DNA of 32,000 nucleotides from Sedimentisphaera cyanobacteriorum (GTDB taxonomy: Bacteria > Planctomycetota > Phycisphaerae > Sedimentisphaerales > Sedimentisphaeraceae). Below are positions 1-8,373 of this stretch, in pieces. The stretch spans positions 1,020,001 to 1,052,000 of the forward strand of contig NZ_CP019633.1 of NCBI RefSeq assembly GCF_001997385.1, read 5' to 3'. A program made the position numbers and the translations under genes. The notes beneath the pieces were generated by a model. The model searched no databases and was not told the DNA's origin. It was given only the letters and a program-made list of their open reading frames with translations. Positions within the stretch are counted from its first letter, which is position 1. The number at the start of each line of letters is the position of its first letter.

Positions 1-401
1 TCCTGCCCGTTTATTACAGTCTTAACATAATAGCTGTTGTCTTTCTGGGCATCAGCATCTGTATCAGTATAGCAGGTTGCGCCGGTTAGGACGGAAGAAT
101 TCAGCTTAACTGCCTCGCTCCCGTCAGCCGAACGATAGATATTAAACCCGATATCGACAGGGTCAACACCCAAAAGGCGCCAGCTTATGAAAACACCGCC
201 GCTTGTTCTTACTGCTGCTACTCCCCTGCCGAGATTCTCCATTTTGCGTTTTGGAGTAACAGAATGCTTTTCCGTGAAGCCAGATTTTTCTGTTTCCGCC
301 TGAGCAATTCCTGCTGAACAGGCTGGCAGAAGGGGGATTCTGTGCATAACTGCCAGCGTAATCGCTGAAACGGCAAACAGCACAAAGAAAGCATACTTCA
401 C
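1..401 (-). CDS. Rhamnogalacturonan lyase, PL11 family (5' part only; gene continues past window start)
   Basis: Not in the ORF track because it is truncated by the window edge. The reverse strand reads GTG (401-399), then KYAFFVLFAVSAITLAV (hydrophobic signal-like segment), then KRKMENLGRGVAAVRTSGGVFISWRLLGVDPVDIGFNIYR. This parallels KRKMEKIDRGTVAVDIGSSGVYVGWRMLGTEPQSVEYNVYR in the neighbouring 958-aa ORF. A GGAGG RBS (complement of 410-414) lies 8 nt upstream of the GTG. Confidence 0.75.
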   Translation of the reverse strand, partial: MKYAFFVLFAVSAITLAVMHRIPLLPACSAGIAQAETEKSGFTEKHSVTPKRKMENLGRGVAAVRTSGGVFISWRLLGVDPVDIGFNIYRSADGSEAVKLNSSVLTGATCYTDTDADAQKDNSYYVKTVINGQ

Positions 402-496
402 AAGTTTTACCTCCAATTATTTATCGCTAATAACATTGCCTTTACGATCTTTAAGGCTCACAATTATTAAACCATTCCGCAATGAAAACCTTTGTT

Positions 497-3373
497 TCAG
501 CTGGATAGTCCATTTTCCGTTTCAAGCCATTTTTCAATTAGAACGTTTAAGTCTAAAAGGTTTACAGCGCCGTCTCCGCCTGCAGGGGCAATATCAGCTT
601 GAGGCTCTGCAAGATGCTTCATCCACTCACTGGATAACACAGCATAGTCTTTCAGCTCTATTCTGCCGTCTGGAAGAATATCAGCAGGATTGAATCTTGG
701 AGTTATCAGCGATATATCCGGCTGCTCGGGAGGAGTCATCCCCAACCCTATATAAAAGCTTGGATGCGGGGGCTGATTGTAGCCGACATTCTGCCAAGCA
801 ACAGCCAATCGGTACTGCGGATCGTGCATAAGTGTGTAAATACGATGAGTTGTCTTGTCTGTGGTAGTGAAGATCCTGAGCTTCTCGTTGTCGGAAGCAC
901 GATAAATCATTTCCTCCCGCCAGTCTCCGAGGATATCTGCTGTAAGGCAGGGATTTGCCTTGGTGTAGTTGTTGGAGTTTGTACTGTATGAATCAGGAAT
1001 GCTGTAAATACTCATCAGCCTGTAAACGCTGTCAGCCTGACTGTCCCACTTATCCATAATCGGATTCATTCCCTGCCCGTCTGCTGCGTCGAGCATTTCG
1101 CGCTGCAGATCAGATGTCCACCATATTGCGAAATTCAAACTAGGCATAGAGCTGCTCATTTGAGACCCGTCAACGTTGTAAGTACCGCCGGCAGCAAAAG
1201 ACCAGAGCTGATAACCGATTTCCCGATTGTCTATATTGGCTGCAAGCGCCCTGCCTACATCGCCTGTATTGGGGTGTTCCCAGATAATCTCGCCCGTTTC
1301 AGCATCACGGTACGAAGCGCCTGAGGCGGATGTCTCATGGCACTGCCAAACTTCAAGCCCAGGGCGGTAAGGATCCATATCTGAAACATGCAGTGCGTCT
1401 CCATGGCCTAAGCCGGTGGAGTAAAGGCCGGTTCCGTCATCATCAATCGTGCAGGAACCGAAAATGATCTCATCTCTTTTATCGCTGTCAACATCTGCAA
1501 TGCTGAGGGTGTGGCAGCCTTGGCCTGCATATGCGGAATTGCCCGGGTCGTCGCTATCGAAAATCCATCTCAAAGACAGCTCGCCTCCGCGCCAGTCCCA
1601 AGCAGCCAAAACGGTTTTCTCGTAATAGCCTCGAGTCATAATAACGCTTGGCCTCTCCCCGTCCAGATAAGCCACTCCCGCAAGGAAACGGTCAACACGG
1701 TTGCCGTAAGAATCCCCCCAGTCTGAAACATTGCCTCTTGCAGGTTCGAAAGCCTCAGAAGCAAGGGCTGCTCCCGTCTGCCCGTCGAATACCGTGAGAT
1801 ATTCCGGGCCGGTTAGAATCCTGCCGGCAGAATTGCGGTAGTCCGCTGACGGATCTCCGATAGTGTTTCCCTGCCCGTCTTCTGCGCCGTCTGATGTTCT
1901 GCAAACCATTTCTGAATAGCCGTCGCAGTCTAAGTCGTACACCATAAACTGGGTATAATGGGCTCCTGCACGAATATTTCTGCCCAGATCTACCCTCCAC
2001 ATAAAAGTTCCGTCCATTTCATAGGCATCGATATACACGTTTCCCGTATAGCCGCTGTGCGAGTTGTCTTTGGAGTTGGAAGGGTCCCATTTCAGAATGA
2101 TTTCATATTCCCCGTCTCCATCAAGGTCGCCAACGCTTGCATCATTCGGGCTGTAGGTATAATCCACGCCATCAGGAGTTGTCCCGCCTGAGGGTCTCTG
2201 AAGAGGTACGTCTTTGTAAAAATCATTCCATACCGATACAGGGCTGGACTTCTGCTGCTCTTCTCCATCAATCACCGCTGCGATTCTGTATGTACTGCTT
2301 TGAGTGCCCGAGGAATCGACAAAGTTCGTTGAATTTGAAATGGGGGATGAATTTATTTTCTGCCCGTCGCGGTAAACGTTGTATTCAACGCTTTGAGGCT
2401 CTGTACCGAGCATTCTCCAGCCAACGTAAACCCCGCTGCTGCCTATATCCACCGCCACTGTTCCGCGGTCGATTTTTTCCATTTTTCGTTTCACAAGGTG
2501 AGGCACGGCAAAGGCAGATTCACTGTTTTCAGAGTGGTTTCCTGCGTTGTCGGCTGCGGAAACAACATAATAATAAACTGTCCCGTTTTCTGCTGTATTG
2601 TCAATATAACTGGTTGCAGAGACATCCTCAGCGATTGTGCTGTATGCCCCTTCGGCAGACAAGGCTCTTTTCACGTTGTAGCCGGCTATATCAGATTCGG
2701 GATTATCATCCCAAACTAGCGAGACCCCATTGTCAATACCGCTTGCAGAGAGCCCTTCTGGAGCTGAGGGCGGATAATTGCGGATGCTTTGATCAGGGCC
2801 ATAGCCGGACGGAGAATAAGAAGAACTGCTGGTAATCACAATCTTATCAACACGGAATCCATCCTCCCTCATCCACACATTGACCGTATGAACCCCTGGA
2901 GAACCTACTTCGATTGAAGCATCATTGCCGTCCATTGTGGATTTAGACCAGTTCCAGCTTTCAAAATTCGAGCTTCTTGCTCTGTCTGCGGAGGCAAGCT
3001 CTTGGCCATCGAGGCCGATATGGAATGAATCGCTGTAGCCATCCAGAGGCAGACACCTGAACCATACGTAATGAGTCCCCGTTTTTACAAAATATACTTC
3101 AAATTCCATACTGGGGCTTTGCTCTGCATAACCGGTATTGAAAACTTCCCCCTCATCCGGCTGAGCCTGCATTGCTGCATTACTGCTGCACTCAGATGAA
3201 TTTATTTCATTCCAGCTGCGGCCGCTTTTGGCGGTTCTTGCATCGCAGTTTTCTGCTTCAAAAGACACAATACCATCTGAGCCGACATCTTGAACGAATT
3301 CACCCAAGCCATAAGCGCATAGAGAAACAATAATTGAAATTGTAAGAGCTGTTTTAGTAATCTTAAAAACCAT
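497..3373 (-). CDS. Multidomain rhamnogalacturonan lyase (PL11): signal/anchor, CBM-like beta-sandwich module, FN3, PL11 beta-propeller, dockerin-like tail
   Basis: 958-aa ORF with an N-terminal hydrophobic segment. Next comes a ~150-aa module (FEAEN...DSFHIGLDG...WNWS...VNVWMREDGFRVDKIVIT). An FN3-like segment follows (PPSAPEGLSASG...YYYVVSAADNAGNHSENS). The long core matches YesW/YesX-type PL11 lyases (KRKMEKIDRG, DLDGDGEYEI, VYDLDCDGYSEM, IADVDSDKRDEI, DILGDWREE). The C-terminus has two Ca-binding-like repeats. Confidence 0.9.
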   Translation of the reverse strand: MVFKITKTALTISIIVSLCAYGLGEFVQDVGSDGIVSFEAENCDARTAKSGRSWNEINSSECSSNAAMQAQPDEGEVFNTGYAEQSPSMEFEVYFVKTGTHYVWFRCLPLDGYSDSFHIGLDGQELASADRARSSNFESWNWSKSTMDGNDASIEVGSPGVHTVNVWMREDGFRVDKIVITSSSSYSPSGYGPDQSIRNYPPSAPEGLSASGIDNGVSLVWDDNPESDIAGYNVKRALSAEGAYSTIAEDVSATSYIDNTAENGTVYYYVVSAADNAGNHSENSESAFAVPHLVKRKMEKIDRGTVAVDIGSSGVYVGWRMLGTEPQSVEYNVYRDGQKINSSPISNSTNFVDSSGTQSSTYRIAAVIDGEEQQKSSPVSVWNDFYKDVPLQRPSGGTTPDGVDYTYSPNDASVGDLDGDGEYEIILKWDPSNSKDNSHSGYTGNVYIDAYEMDGTFMWRVDLGRNIRAGAHYTQFMVYDLDCDGYSEMVCRTSDGAEDGQGNTIGDPSADYRNSAGRILTGPEYLTVFDGQTGAALASEAFEPARGNVSDWGDSYGNRVDRFLAGVAYLDGERPSVIMTRGYYEKTVLAAWDWRGGELSLRWIFDSDDPGNSAYAGQGCHTLSIADVDSDKRDEIIFGSCTIDDDGTGLYSTGLGHGDALHVSDMDPYRPGLEVWQCHETSASGASYRDAETGEIIWEHPNTGDVGRALAANIDNREIGYQLWSFAAGGTYNVDGSQMSSSMPSLNFAIWWTSDLQREMLDAADGQGMNPIMDKWDSQADSVYRLMSIYSIPDSYSTNSNNYTKANPCLTADILGDWREEMIYRASDNEKLRIFTTTDKTTHRIYTLMHDPQYRLAVAWQNVGYNQPPHPSFYIGLGMTPPEQPDISLITPRFNPADILPDGRIELKDYAVLSSEWMKHLAEPQADIAPAGGDGAVNLLDLNVLIEKWLETENGLSS

Positions 3374-3420
3374 ATTTCTCCCTTTGAACCCTCAAATCCA
3401 GATTAAACTATAATCAGCTT

Positions 3421-3461
3421 ATTTTCAAAATTTCAGACCTCCTGTTTTAGGAGGCCTGAAA
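3421..3461 (-). terminator. Rho-independent terminator downstream of the symporter gene
   Basis: Arms 3432-3442 and 3450-3460 form an 11-bp GC-rich stem with a 7-nt loop; a 12th pair is possible at 3431/3461. The single non-Watson-Crick position (3437/3455) is a G-U wobble only on the minus-strand RNA. On that strand the stem is followed by UUUUGAAAAU. The element lies 80 nt after the stop at 3541. Confidence 0.6.
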
Positions 3462-3540
3462 CTGATTTGATTGGAATCTCTCAACCGCCAATCATTATGA
3501 GGTTGTTAATAAACATTTGCATTTTGCATTGTTCTTCTGA

Positions 3541-5463
3541 TTACCAGAAGTATGCGTAGAATGCAATAACTATACCCAGAATTATTGCAGAATGGATAAT
3601 GTCCCATTTGTTCCAGCTTCTTCTGGTTTCTTCGCGTTCTTCTTTCGTAGCGGAGAAATAGGTGTAATGCTGCTGCTGGGGAGTTGGGGCGGCAGTCATA
3701 AGGCTCACTACCACTGTAATCGCAATGCAGAGCAGGAAAAGAATAATGCAGAAATGCAGCCAGTTGATAGCTGCTATTCTGTACAGCAGACCATGCTGCT
3801 GAACAAACAGCTGGCTTACTGCCGTTTCGGTTTTCGCCAGAAGCTCAGAGGCCTGAGTTCCGTCGCCTCCTGCTTTGAGGGCTTCCATTGCCTTCTGAAC
3901 CTGCATCTGCGCCTCAGCGCCGGCATTGGGCAGATGTTCTGCAATGCCCTGCTTAAGGCTTTCGAGCTTGGCCATCATATCGATGTGGCTGTCTGCGGCT
4001 ATAGAAAGCACTCTCTCCTTGAGCTTTGCTGCCTGAATAACTACGCCGTTCTTGGCTCCATACATCACATTTAGAACCAGACGGAACATTCCTAACGCAA
4101 AGCCTATTGTCAGCCCCCAGTACCCGCCGGCAGGTGTGGTTCTCTTCCAGAATACACCCATAATAAATACCGAAGCAATTGCCGGCGCAAGAAGCCCCTG
4201 CACAGCCTGAAGGTATTCGTAGAGCACATTGCTGAAAACCTTCATCACGGGTATCCATAAGATGCCGAGAAGAACAATCGCACCAGTTGCTATTCTCCCG
4301 ACAATCACAAGATGTTTCTCACTTGCATCAGGTTTTAGCTTTGTATAGAAATCTCCGACAAACAAAGCCGCTGAAGAATTGAACAGTGAAGCAAGAGAGC
4401 TCATAAGGGCGGCCAAAAGCCCGCAAACTACTACTCCCCTGAATCCAATCGGGAGGATATGGGAAACGAGAGTTGCAAAAGCGGCATCAGAGCTTTCAAC
4501 ATCCATCTTGCCCTGTTTGAAGAGAGTAAAAGCAATCATCCCCGGTATAAGGAAGATGAATACAGGCAGAAGCTTTAGGTATCCAGCGAGGATCGCTCCT
4601 CTTCTCGCCTGCGTCTGATTCTTTCCGGAAAGCACCCTCTGGACTACGTACTGGTCGGTACACCAGTACCAGAAACCGATAATCATAGACCCGAATATAA
4701 CGCCTGTCCAAGGGAATTCAGGGTCGTCGTGCGAGCGGATAAGATGTATGTTGTCTCCGCAGGCTTCTACAACATTGCCCCAGCCCCCTGCGGCATTCAG
4801 GCCTAACACCAGCAATGCAACAGAGCCAATCAGCAAAACCGGAGTTTGGAGAACGGATGTGTACATAATCGCCTTCATTCCGCCGAGGATAGTGTATATA
4901 CCGGTTATAACCACAAGGCCAATCGCACTTACCCAGAAGAAATCAACTGTTCGTCCCATAATCTCGATGGAGTCTATTCCGAAAACCGTTCCAAAAACTA
5001 CGCCGCCGGAATAAACCGTAACAGCAACCTTAGTTAGTATGTAGCTGACAAGCGAAATCATAGAAAGAACAGTTCTTGTTCTTGAGGAAAAGCGGTGTTC
5101 GAGAAATTCGGGCATGGTAAAAATTTTGATGCGGTCGTAGAAAGGCACAAACACCCATCCAAGCACGAGAATCATCCACGCATGCATTTCCCAGTGCGCC
5201 ATCGCCATACCGCTTACAAATCCTGCACCAGCCAGACCTACAAGGTGTTCCGAACCGATATTTGAAGAGAAAATGGAAGAACCGATTTCAAGCCATTTGG
5301 CCTTTCGGCCGGCGAGGAAGTAATCCTGGGATGTTTCCTCTCTCTGCCTCAACACCCAAATTATGATACCCACCATAGCAGCAAAGAAAACAACTAATAT
5401 GGAAGTATCAAGGGCATGCCACCCTCCAGTAATTGCCAACGGAAGAAAAGACAAATCAATCAT
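3541..5463 (-). CDS. Sodium:solute symporter (SSS/SGLT family) sugar transporter
   Basis: 640-aa polytopic membrane ORF with an SGLT-like N-terminus (DYFLAGRKAKWLEIGSSIFSSNIGSEHLVGLAGAGF) and many TM segments. AGAGGT RBS upstream. It starts 56 bp downstream of araA on the same strand, so it is probably co-transcribed. Confidence 0.9.
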   Translation of the reverse strand: MIDLSFLPLAITGGWHALDTSILVVFFAAMVGIIIWVLRQREETSQDYFLAGRKAKWLEIGSSIFSSNIGSEHLVGLAGAGFVSGMAMAHWEMHAWMILVLGWVFVPFYDRIKIFTMPEFLEHRFSSRTRTVLSMISLVSYILTKVAVTVYSGGVVFGTVFGIDSIEIMGRTVDFFWVSAIGLVVITGIYTILGGMKAIMYTSVLQTPVLLIGSVALLVLGLNAAGGWGNVVEACGDNIHLIRSHDDPEFPWTGVIFGSMIIGFWYWCTDQYVVQRVLSGKNQTQARRGAILAGYLKLLPVFIFLIPGMIAFTLFKQGKMDVESSDAAFATLVSHILPIGFRGVVVCGLLAALMSSLASLFNSSAALFVGDFYTKLKPDASEKHLVIVGRIATGAIVLLGILWIPVMKVFSNVLYEYLQAVQGLLAPAIASVFIMGVFWKRTTPAGGYWGLTIGFALGMFRLVLNVMYGAKNGVVIQAAKLKERVLSIAADSHIDMMAKLESLKQGIAEHLPNAGAEAQMQVQKAMEALKAGGDGTQASELLAKTETAVSQLFVQQHGLLYRIAAINWLHFCIILFLLCIAITVVVSLMTAAPTPQQQHYTYFSATKEEREETRRSWNKWDIIHSAIILGIVIAFYAYFW

Positions 5464-5519
5464 AATTAAATACCTCTATTTTTTCTCAAAAACGCTATTA
5501 ACTGTTCACGCCGCAAAAC

Positions 5520-7013
5520 TCAAGACAGCGATTTATGAAGCATATAGTAAATTTCATTGGTACGCAAATCATTTTTGAAGCTGCTTATAGTTGTATCTTT
5601 GTCTATATGCAGATACTCAATTCCGGCCATTTCCGCAAAATCTTCCATATGCTCGGAATTGAGAGCCATACTGAAACCGGTATGATGAGCGCCTCCCCCG
5701 TGTATCCATGCTTCTGCTGCTGTGGCGAGATCGGGCTCGGGCTGCCAAAGCACCCTTGCAACAGGCAGATTGGGCAGGTCAGCATCCGGTGAAACCACCC
5801 TGCACGGATTGATGAGCATCCTGAAACGATTGCCCATATCCATCACTGATGCGTTAATACCGTTTCCGTTAGGCACATTGAACACCAGCCGAGGCGGGTC
5901 TGCCTTTCCGCCAATGCCCAGATGGTGCACCTCAAGGGCAGGCTTGTTTTCGGCAAGCGAAGAGCATACCTCAAGCATATGCGCCCCGAGAACCTTCATA
6001 TTACCCGGCTCAAGGTGGTATGTGTAGTCTTCCATAAAAGACGTTCCCCCGTCCATACCCTCAGACATAACCTTCATAGCACGAACAATCGCAGCTGTTT
6101 TCCAGTCGCCTTCAGCACCGAAACCATAGCCGTCTTCCATGAGCCTTTGAACCGCCAAGCCCGGGAGCTGCTCCAAACCGTGGAGGTCTTCAAAGGTTGT
6201 TGTGAAGGCTTTGAAACCGCCCTTTTCGAGAAAACTTCGCATTCCTGCCTCTATTTTTGCAGATTCGCGAACTCGAGGCAGATGAGAATCATCAAAATCA
6301 AGCGTGTACGAAGATTTGTAGCTGTCCATCACGGCCTGAACTTCTGAATCCGGCGTGTTTTGGATTATATCTACAAGGTCTCCAACTCCGTAGCCGTTCA
6401 CCGAAAAACCAAACTGCTTTTCAGCTTCTACTTTATCACCTTCAGTTACAGCAACATTTCGCATATTATCGCCGAATCTGGCAACATTCAGGTTCTGCCA
6501 TTCATTCCAGCCTGCGGCAGCCCTTATCCAAATTCCGAGCTTCTCGATCACCTTCTTATCCTGCCAGTGGCCAACGATTACTTTGCGCTGCTTTCTCATC
6601 CTGCTGCATATAAAGCCGAATTCTCGTCCGCCGTGTGCGGATTGATTCAGATTCATAAAATCCATATCAATCTTTTCCCAAGGGATATCCCTGTTGCACT
6701 GGGTGTGGAGGTGAGCAAAAGGCTTGTTCAAAATACTGAGCCCCTTAATCCACATCTTCGCAGGGCTGAATGTATGCATCCACATAACAAGACCTATGCA
6801 TTCAGGAGAGTTGTTCGCATCTGCTGCAAGCTTAGCAATCTCTTCTGAGGTGGTTAGGACAGGCTTGAAAACAACTTTGCAGGGAAGGCCGGCCGAATTG
6901 AGCCCTTCGCATATAGCTTGAGAGTCTGAATTTACCTGATCAAGCGCCTCTCTGCCGTACAAATGCTGGCTGCCGGTAACAAACCATACTTCATAATTTC
7001 CTAATACATTCAT
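5520..7013 (-). CDS. araA: L-arabinose isomerase
   Basis: The 497-aa ORF is collinear with E. coli AraA over its full length ([90 protein letters not shown]). AAGGAA RBS upstream. Confidence 0.95.
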   Translation of the reverse strand: MNVLGNYEVWFVTGSQHLYGREALDQVNSDSQAICEGLNSAGLPCKVVFKPVLTTSEEIAKLAADANNSPECIGLVMWMHTFSPAKMWIKGLSILNKPFAHLHTQCNRDIPWEKIDMDFMNLNQSAHGGREFGFICSRMRKQRKVIVGHWQDKKVIEKLGIWIRAAAGWNEWQNLNVARFGDNMRNVAVTEGDKVEAEKQFGFSVNGYGVGDLVDIIQNTPDSEVQAVMDSYKSSYTLDFDDSHLPRVRESAKIEAGMRSFLEKGGFKAFTTTFEDLHGLEQLPGLAVQRLMEDGYGFGAEGDWKTAAIVRAMKVMSEGMDGGTSFMEDYTYHLEPGNMKVLGAHMLEVCSSLAENKPALEVHHLGIGGKADPPRLVFNVPNGNGINASVMDMGNRFRMLINPCRVVSPDADLPNLPVARVLWQPEPDLATAAEAWIHGGGAHHTGFSMALNSEHMEDFAEMAGIEYLHIDKDTTISSFKNDLRTNEIYYMLHKSLS

Positions 7014-7176
7014 GTCAGTTTCCTTTTAAAATCTTTTATTTTTTCTATCTTTTCTGCAATAATAAACAAAAATCTGGACAGATGTAGAGCGGGATTTCAG
7101 AAAATATTAAAAATTCTGTAAGCCTGCTGAAAAACTGCCTTTATAAAAAATATCAGAAAAACCATTCTCTTTAAGG

Positions 7177-7210
7177 CCATTTTGCGTTATAATATAACCA
7201 TTATGCGTTA
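7177..7210 (+). promoter_or_regulatory. Two 13-bp direct repeats (CCATTtTGCGTTA / CCATTaTGCGTTA) spaced 21 bp start-to-start, overlapping a TATAAT hexamer (7188-7193); candidate operator/promoter of the regulator gene
   Basis: The repeats at 7177-7189 and 7198-7210 match at 12 of 13 positions. TATAAT sits at 7188-7193, with only a weak -35. The element ends 10 nt before the ATG at 7221. Confidence 0.3.
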
Positions 7211-7220
7211 GAGGTTATTT

Positions 7221-8363
7221 ATGAAGAAGATACTTATAGTCGTCGATACGTCTAGAGCTACAGGAAGAAAATTTCTTTCGGGAGTGGAGAAATATCTCTC
7301 AACACTTACAGACTGGGAGGTTTTTGTTCAGCCTCCGGATTATCTGAAGGAATCGGCCTCGGATTATGATTTTGATTTTAAGTACCTAAAGCCCGACGGC
7401 CTGCTTATTCGAGATGCGTTCAAAATTCCTGAACTGTTAGAGACTGATACAACAAAAGTGGTCAGCGATACGCTTCACGAACTGATACCCGGAACCTCCA
7501 CAATAATGACCAATTCCCAAAATATCGGGCAAATGGCAGCCGATTACTTCACAGGCCTTGGGTTCTACAACTTTGCCTACTGCGGTTTCAGTGAATTTGA
7601 GTGGTCTCAGAAGCGTCTTCAGGCATTTAAGAAGGCATTAGAGGATACCGAGGTAAATTCTTTTTACAACTACCTCAGCGATTCACCGGAAAATAACGTC
7701 CATCAGTCAGAAAGACTCAATATAGCCGAATGGCTGAAGAAGCTTCCGCGGCCGATATGTATTTTCGCCTGCAACGACGACCGTGCGGTTTCAGTACTTG
7801 AGGCCTGCAAGATAGCAGAGATAAACGTGCCTGAGGAAATCGCTGTGCTGGGAGTTGATAACGACGAGCTGATATGCAATCTTTCATCCCCTCCTCTTTC
7901 AAGCATAGAGCTGGATTTTGAGACAGCAGGTTATGCAGCTGCCCAGCATCTTAACAACCTTATTGAAAAAACAGGGGATTATAAAATCATTAAGGTTTCT
8001 CCTTTAGATATCATCGAAAGACGCTCCACAGATATCCTCGCAATAGATGATGAGGAGGTGGTTTCGGCGATTGTTTTTATAAGGAAAAATTTCGACAAGC
8101 CGATTCAGACCATTGATGTAGTAGAGGCAACGTGCCTTTCAAAGCGGGATCTTGAGAAAAGGTTCAAAGCTACATTGAAAAGGACAATAAAAAGCGAGAT
8201 AGAAAGGCTGAGAATAAATCTTATTAAAAACAAACTGCTTAACAGCTCCAAATCAATACATCAGATAGCTCTTGAGCTGAAGTTTACCGATCCTGAGCAT
8301 TTCTCAAGATACTTCAGAAACGCTACAGGCGAAAGCCCAAAGCAGTTCAGGATGGAGAAATGA
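7221..8363 (+). CDS. XylR-type transcriptional regulator (periplasmic-binding-protein-like sugar sensor domain + AraC-family HTH)
   Basis: 380-aa ORF. The N-terminal ~270 aa is LacI/PBP-like (ICIFACNDDRAVSVLEACKIAEINVPEEIAVLGVDND). The C-terminus is an AraC-type HTH (IHQIALELKFTDPEHFSRYFRNATGESPKQFR). The gene is divergent from araA. AGAGG RBS upstream. Confidence 0.85.
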   Translation: MKKILIVVDTSRATGRKFLSGVEKYLSTLTDWEVFVQPPDYLKESASDYDFDFKYLKPDGLLIRDAFKIPELLETDTTKVVSDTLHELIPGTSTIMTNSQNIGQMAADYFTGLGFYNFAYCGFSEFEWSQKRLQAFKKALEDTEVNSFYNYLSDSPENNVHQSERLNIAEWLKKLPRPICIFACNDDRAVSVLEACKIAEINVPEEIAVLGVDNDELICNLSSPPLSSIELDFETAGYAAAQHLNNLIEKTGDYKIIKVSPLDIIERRSTDILAIDDEEVVSAIVFIRKNFDKPIQTIDVVEATCLSKRDLEKRFKATLKRTIKSEIERLRINLIKNKLLNSSKSIHQIALELKFTDPEHFSRYFRNATGESPKQFRMEK

Positions 8364-8373
8364 CAGCATAATC

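Noticed and set aside
2137-2835. 232-aa plus-strand ORF inside the PL11 gene
   Set aside because: It is antisense to the PL11/FN3 coding frame and its Arg/Cys-rich product looks like nonsense. All other small ORFs in 436..2719 overlap the same gene.
8364-8373. Convergent gene ends only 10 bp apart (regulator/GH43) and 2 bp apart (rnfB/esterase, 20127-20128) without terminators
   Set aside because: Tight convergent packing is common in compact genomes, and I could not identify a bidirectional hairpin. There is not enough evidence for any special mechanism.
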